Shown: piece by piece, positions 60,332-64,000 of the stretch | How positions within the stretch are numbered: the stretch's first letter is position 1 | How the letters are laid out: every line of letters begins with the position of its first letter | Origin: Nitrospinales bacterium | Lineage (GTDB): Bacteria; Nitrospinota; Nitrospinia; Nitrospinales; VA-1 | DNA length: 64,000 nt | Reading direction: 5' to 3' | Assembly: GCA_965223795.1 (NCBI GenBank) | Contig: CBDCXL010000002.1 | Coordinates: forward strand, 2,112,001 to 2,176,000 | The notes under the pieces: generated by a model | What the model saw: only the letters and a program-made list of their open reading frames with translations | The model's database searches: none | Told to the model about the DNA's origin: nothing | Position numbers and translations under genes: made by a program

Positions 60332-60773
60332 ATGCTCTCCAATCTGAAAACCACCGACCGGCTGCTCATCGGCCTGATGGGCGGTCTCTCGGCGATCCTG
60401 GCGGCGGCGCTGTGGGCGCTGTGGATTCATTTCGCCATCCTGTGCATGGGTCCCGAAGGCGGCGCGGTGGACATCCAGGTGTGGATGACCTGGGTGTTTT
60501 CGTTCGAGTTTTTTTTCACCCGCATCGCCTGGGCAGCGTTCCGCAGAATCCTCGAACCGGGGCCTTGCCTGATGCCGGTGTAAGGAATGGCACAAGCTCG
60601 CTCTGATCCTGTTTGTGGTCGGTGCCGCCGGCGGCGGCGCATTTCACTGGGCGGCGGCGCTGGTGCCCTGGACCCTGTCCTGCCTCTGCCTGTTTCTGGA
60701 CCGCCGGGTACAGCGGTTTTTAGGCCAGATGAACGGCATGCCCGTGTCCGGCTCCGCGCGCGAAACCGTCTAA
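60332..60773 (+). pseudogene. Frameshifted small membrane protein gene
   Basis: ORF stops at TAA 60581-60583, but hydrophobic coding continues in the +1 frame (KEWHKLALILFVVG...ETV*) to 60773. Confidence 0.55.
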
Positions 60774-60900
60774 GCCTCCTGCCCCTGATTTCCCGCCTTG
60801 AGTGCCAATTTATGTAAGACTGTCTGAATTATCACAACTTATTCGTGCCTCCCCGCAGCCTGATCCGCGTAAACCCTTATCGATAAACGTTTCCCCTGTT

Positions 60901-60916
60901 TGGCATCTATATTGCT
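60901..60916 (+). promoter_or_regulatory. sigma54 (-24/-12) promoter
   Basis: TGGCAT-CTATA-TTGCT, about 60 bp before the next start codon. Confidence 0.75.
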
Positions 60917-60973
60917 GTTTTTTAGGCATCTATTCCATTTTTACCGGGCTTAAGAGCCGAAAGAGGGGGACTT

Positions 60974-61402
60974 GTGCGCTGTTTTTACCACTCACAGATC
61001 GAAGCCATCGGGAGCTGCCAGGCTTGCGCCAAGGGGCTGTGCCGTGAGTGCGCCCACAGCGTGGATTCCGGGGTCGTGTGCAAGGGCTACTGTGAGGACA
61101 AGGTCCTGAGATTCCAGAATCTGGCGCAGTCGCACGCCAAAAGCCTTGCCGGTTCAGGACGCACGGTGTGGGTTTCCTCCGCGTCGACGGCGGCGGCCGG
61201 GATTTTTCTGATTCTGATCGGCATCCGTTTTCCGGGGCCGTTGTTTCTGGTTCCCCTTCTGGGCATCGCGTGTGTCCTGATGGGGCTGAGCTGCCTTTAC
61301 TTAAAGCGCGACGTTCTCAAAGATCCGGGTCCGCTCAGGCAACCGCGGAAACTGGAGGCGGCCGGCGCGAACAAATCCGTGCGGGAACCGGGTGAACGAT
61401 GA
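60974..61402 (+). CDS. B-box-like zinc finger plus two TM helices
   Basis: CFYH..AIGSCQACAKGLCREC..C..YC followed by hydrophobic hairpin; GAGGGG RBS. Confidence 0.75.
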   Translation: MRCFYHSQIEAIGSCQACAKGLCRECAHSVDSGVVCKGYCEDKVLRFQNLAQSHAKSLAGSGRTVWVSSASTAAAGIFLILIGIRFPGPLFLVPLLGIACVLMGLSCLYLKRDVLKDPGPLRQPRKLEAAGANKSVREPGER

Positions 61403-62223
61403 ACAGGCCAAAGTCGGTTTTGGCGCTGGTAACGGCCGTGGTGGCCGGAGTTCTGTTTCTCGCGGCCTACACCAATCCCTACACGCCGGAAGGGCATGAG
61501 GGTTATGTGCGTGAGATCCCCCGAGTCTGGGGCACAGGCGGCTTTCAGGGCGCGGTGACGGGGCCGGGCAATTTCGGCGTTTCCATCTGGAACAACCGTG
61601 TCATCAATGTCGATTTCAGGCCGCGCACGCTGCAGGAGGAATTTCAGATCCTGGCGCGGGACGACCTCAACGTTTCGTTCCGGCTGCAGGGGATCTTCAA
61701 GATCAAGGAAGGGACCATCCGCGAGGTGGTCGAGCGATACGGCGGCAAGCAATGGTACCACCGGTTCGTGAAGGAACCGTTCCGCTCGTTTGTGCGCGAT
61801 GCGGTGCGTTCCTACGATTCGCGGCAGATCAAGGAAAACCGCGTGAAGATCGCCGGTACGGTGCAGGAGCGGTTGACGCGCCATCTGGAGAAGACGCCGT
61901 TTGAGCTGATGGAACTGGTGGTGGGCAACATCGACTACCCCGAAGCGGTGGCGCGCGCCGTCGAGCAAAAACTCAAAGCGCAGCAGGACCTGGAGAAAAA
62001 GGAAATCGAGAAGCAGATCGCCGTCAAGGACGCGGAAATCAAGATTGAAGAAGCCAAGGGGATCGCGAAGTCGCAGGAGATCATCAACCGGACTCTGACG
62101 AAGAATTACCTGCAGCACGAAGCGATCCAGGCGCAGATGGCGATGGCCAATTCGGAAAACCACACAACGGTGTACATCCCGGCCGGTACGAACGGGATAC
62201 CGCTGGTGAAAACAGTGGAGTGA
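61399..62223 (+). CDS. SPFH/band 7 (prohibitin-like) protein
   Basis: N-terminal TM, ARDDLNV, NIDYPEAVARAVEQK, EAKGIAKSQEII. Confidence 0.88.
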   Translation: MNRPKSVLALVTAVVAGVLFLAAYTNPYTPEGHEGYVREIPRVWGTGGFQGAVTGPGNFGVSIWNNRVINVDFRPRTLQEEFQILARDDLNVSFRLQGIFKIKEGTIREVVERYGGKQWYHRFVKEPFRSFVRDAVRSYDSRQIKENRVKIAGTVQERLTRHLEKTPFELMELVVGNIDYPEAVARAVEQKLKAQQDLEKKEIEKQIAVKDAEIKIEEAKGIAKSQEIINRTLTKNYLQHEAIQAQMAMANSENHTTVYIPAGTNGIPLVKTVE

Positions 62224-62226
62224 CCG

Positions 62227-62892
62227 ATGCAGAACCGGAAAAAAATGAAATCGACGATCGCCCTGGTTGCGATGCTTGTGTTGCCCGGCATTTTTGTTCC
62301 GCCGGCGGCGGCGGAAGAGGAAGGGCCGATGCTGCACATCGCGTTCCGCTACCTGTCTCCCGAAATCGAGAAAGGCAGTTTCGAGGCGACGGTGCGCAAA
62401 GTCTGGCGCGTCGGCGACCGTTATCTCAGGATCGAGGAAGCGCCGGACCCGAAGGTGGGCTTACACGGACTCATCATCGTCAACGCGCCGCATTCCTACA
62501 TGATCAACCGCTACGTCGATCAGGGCGTGCACATCCTCGATACGGAGCCGGAACAGCGGGTGCACTACCCGGTGTTTCCCGGCAACAAGAAATCCAAAAT
62601 CGGCAAGCTGGAATTCGGCAACGAACAGGAATTTTTCAAGTCTTCCGGCGCCGAGGCGCTGGAGCAGCAATACATCGAAGGCGACCTGTGCGACGTGTGG
62701 CGGCTCAACGTGGACGGATCGACGCTGACTCTGTTCGTCGGTGTCGCGACCGAGCGTCCGAAGCAGATCTCCATCGAGTCTCCGGACACGGCCTATTCCA
62801 TTCGCTACGAGACCTACGAGCGGCTGCCTGAAGCGGATCTGGGGCTGTTCGTGGTACCGGATGAAATCACTATAGTGGAAGCGAAATCCTGA
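62227..62892 (+). CDS. Exported hypothetical protein (LolA-like/DUF4412-like fold possible)
   Basis: Signal peptide; beta-rich; ends DLGLFVVP. Confidence 0.7.
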   Translation: MQNRKKMKSTIALVAMLVLPGIFVPPAAAEEEGPMLHIAFRYLSPEIEKGSFEATVRKVWRVGDRYLRIEEAPDPKVGLHGLIIVNAPHSYMINRYVDQGVHILDTEPEQRVHYPVFPGNKKSKIGKLEFGNEQEFFKSSGAEALEQQYIEGDLCDVWRLNVDGSTLTLFVGVATERPKQISIESPDTAYSIRYETYERLPEADLGLFVVPDEITIVEAKS

Positions 62893-62983
62893 AGGCACGC
62901 CGCCGGCCGCCGGACAGCAAGATCCGGGAAAGGGCGGCAAAAATTTTTTTTATCGTGGAAATCAGAGAGGGGGACATCGAGCC

Positions 62984-64000
62984 ATGAAACGCTCATCATT
63001 GGTTTTGGTTTTGATCGGTTTGCTGGTTGTTTCATTTCCGACCGCGGCTTTTTCCGGCGAGAAGCCGGAACGGGTGACGGAAGTTCCGGAAACGGTGGGA
63101 GAGGTCAACTGGGACTTCACGCCCAGCCAGTCCCAGGAGGAAAAGGATCTGGGGCGCGGCATGGTGTGGACCGGGTTGGTGGAAGACATGCTGATGGAGG
63201 CGGAAGACGACAAAGTCAGCGTGGTGCTGATCTGCCGGCACCTGTCCTTCTCCGAGCCCGGACCGCAGGCGATCGCCATGCGGCCGATCCAGGCGCGCGA
63301 AACCAAAACCGGTTTCTTCGGCGTGTTCTTCGACATCTACACGCCGATGGATGAGGTGGTCAAACTGAAAGAAGAGATTATGGGCGAGACGCATTATGTG
63401 CTGGCGGCGGGCGTCCTCGATTCGGTGGTCAAACTGGCGGACCAGTCGATTCCGCTTTTGATGCCGCATTCGATGGAAATCAACGCGCGCATGGTCCAGC
63501 TGGAATCGGCGCAGCCCGGCGGTGAGCAGGTCGTGCGCCTGTCTCCGGAAGTGGTGCAGGGGGAAGGCCACGCCTTTTCCATCGCCCCGCCCAAAGGCTG
63601 GGTGCTGGACAACCAGAGCGGTCTGCACCAGGGACTGCAGGCGGTGTTCTACCCCAGCGGGTCCAGCTGGAAACACGCCCGTTCGGTCATGTATGTCAAC
63701 ACCGACGCGAGAAAGCCGGGGCAGCGGGTCGAGTCGTACATCGAATCCGAGCTGAAGGATTTCAGCCGCGAGTTCGGCGAAGAGTTCCAGGCCCGCGAGT
63801 GGGAGGCGATCAAGACCTCCGATGCGAAATGGGCGCACGTGCGCCGGTTGTCGGGAGACACCTGGGGGAACTACGAATCGATCGCCTACATCGAGGAAAA
63901 CGGCGTGTTCGTCCTCATCGTGCTCACCGCGCGCGACGAACAAAGCTACAAGGATTCGCAGCAGGCCTTTGAGGAACTGGTGAAAAGCTACCGCTTCGTG
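62984..64000 (+). CDS. Exported hypothetical protein, runs off window end (not in ORF track)
   Basis: GAGGGG RBS, MKRSSLVLVLIGLLVVSFPTAAFS..., frame open to 64000 (...FEELVKSYRFV). Confidence 0.8.
   Translation, partial: MKRSSLVLVLIGLLVVSFPTAAFSGEKPERVTEVPETVGEVNWDFTPSQSQEEKDLGRGMVWTGLVEDMLMEAEDDKVSVVLICRHLSFSEPGPQAIAMRPIQARETKTGFFGVFFDIYTPMDEVVKLKEEIMGETHYVLAAGVLDSVVKLADQSIPLLMPHSMEINARMVQLESAQPGGEQVVRLSPEVVQGEGHAFSIAPPKGWVLDNQSGLHQGLQAVFYPSGSSWKHARSVMYVNTDARKPGQRVESYIESELKDFSREFGEEFQAREWEAIKTSDAKWAHVRRLSGDTWGNYESIAYIEENGVFVLIVLTARDEQSYKDSQQAFEELVKSYRFV

Overview
GC-rich bacterial chromosomal window of about 60 CDSs. I found no rRNA, tRNA, CRISPR array, transposase or prophage. The gene content and style resemble Nitrospina/Nitrospinota, but this is inference only. 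Housekeeping genes include thyX, pntAB, msrP, cutA, priA, maf, ettA, efp, tolQRAB-pal, radA, ispD, bcp, mutY, queE and ychF. The standout locus is 24.3-30.9 kb. It holds a Cyc2-type cytochrome-porin fusion (AIPVFARRY-x3-CTVCH-x3-PKL plus a barrel), five paralogous exported His/Met monoheme cytochromes c (four with an extra covarying Cys pair), a CstB-like persulfide dioxygenase-rhodanese and an exported DUF1264/OBAP protein. Together these form a candidate extracellular electron-transfer/sulfur module. Other oddities: a Tol-Pal system with a very long acidic Pal linker and a TPR-less, Gln-heptad coiled-coil protein at the cpoB position; an aromatic-rich type IV pilin under a complete sigma54 promoter architecture; two more sigma54 promoters ahead of uncharacterised membrane/SPFH genes; an operator-flanked promoter facing a probable sRNA; and a 45-aa lipoprotein missed by the ORF track.
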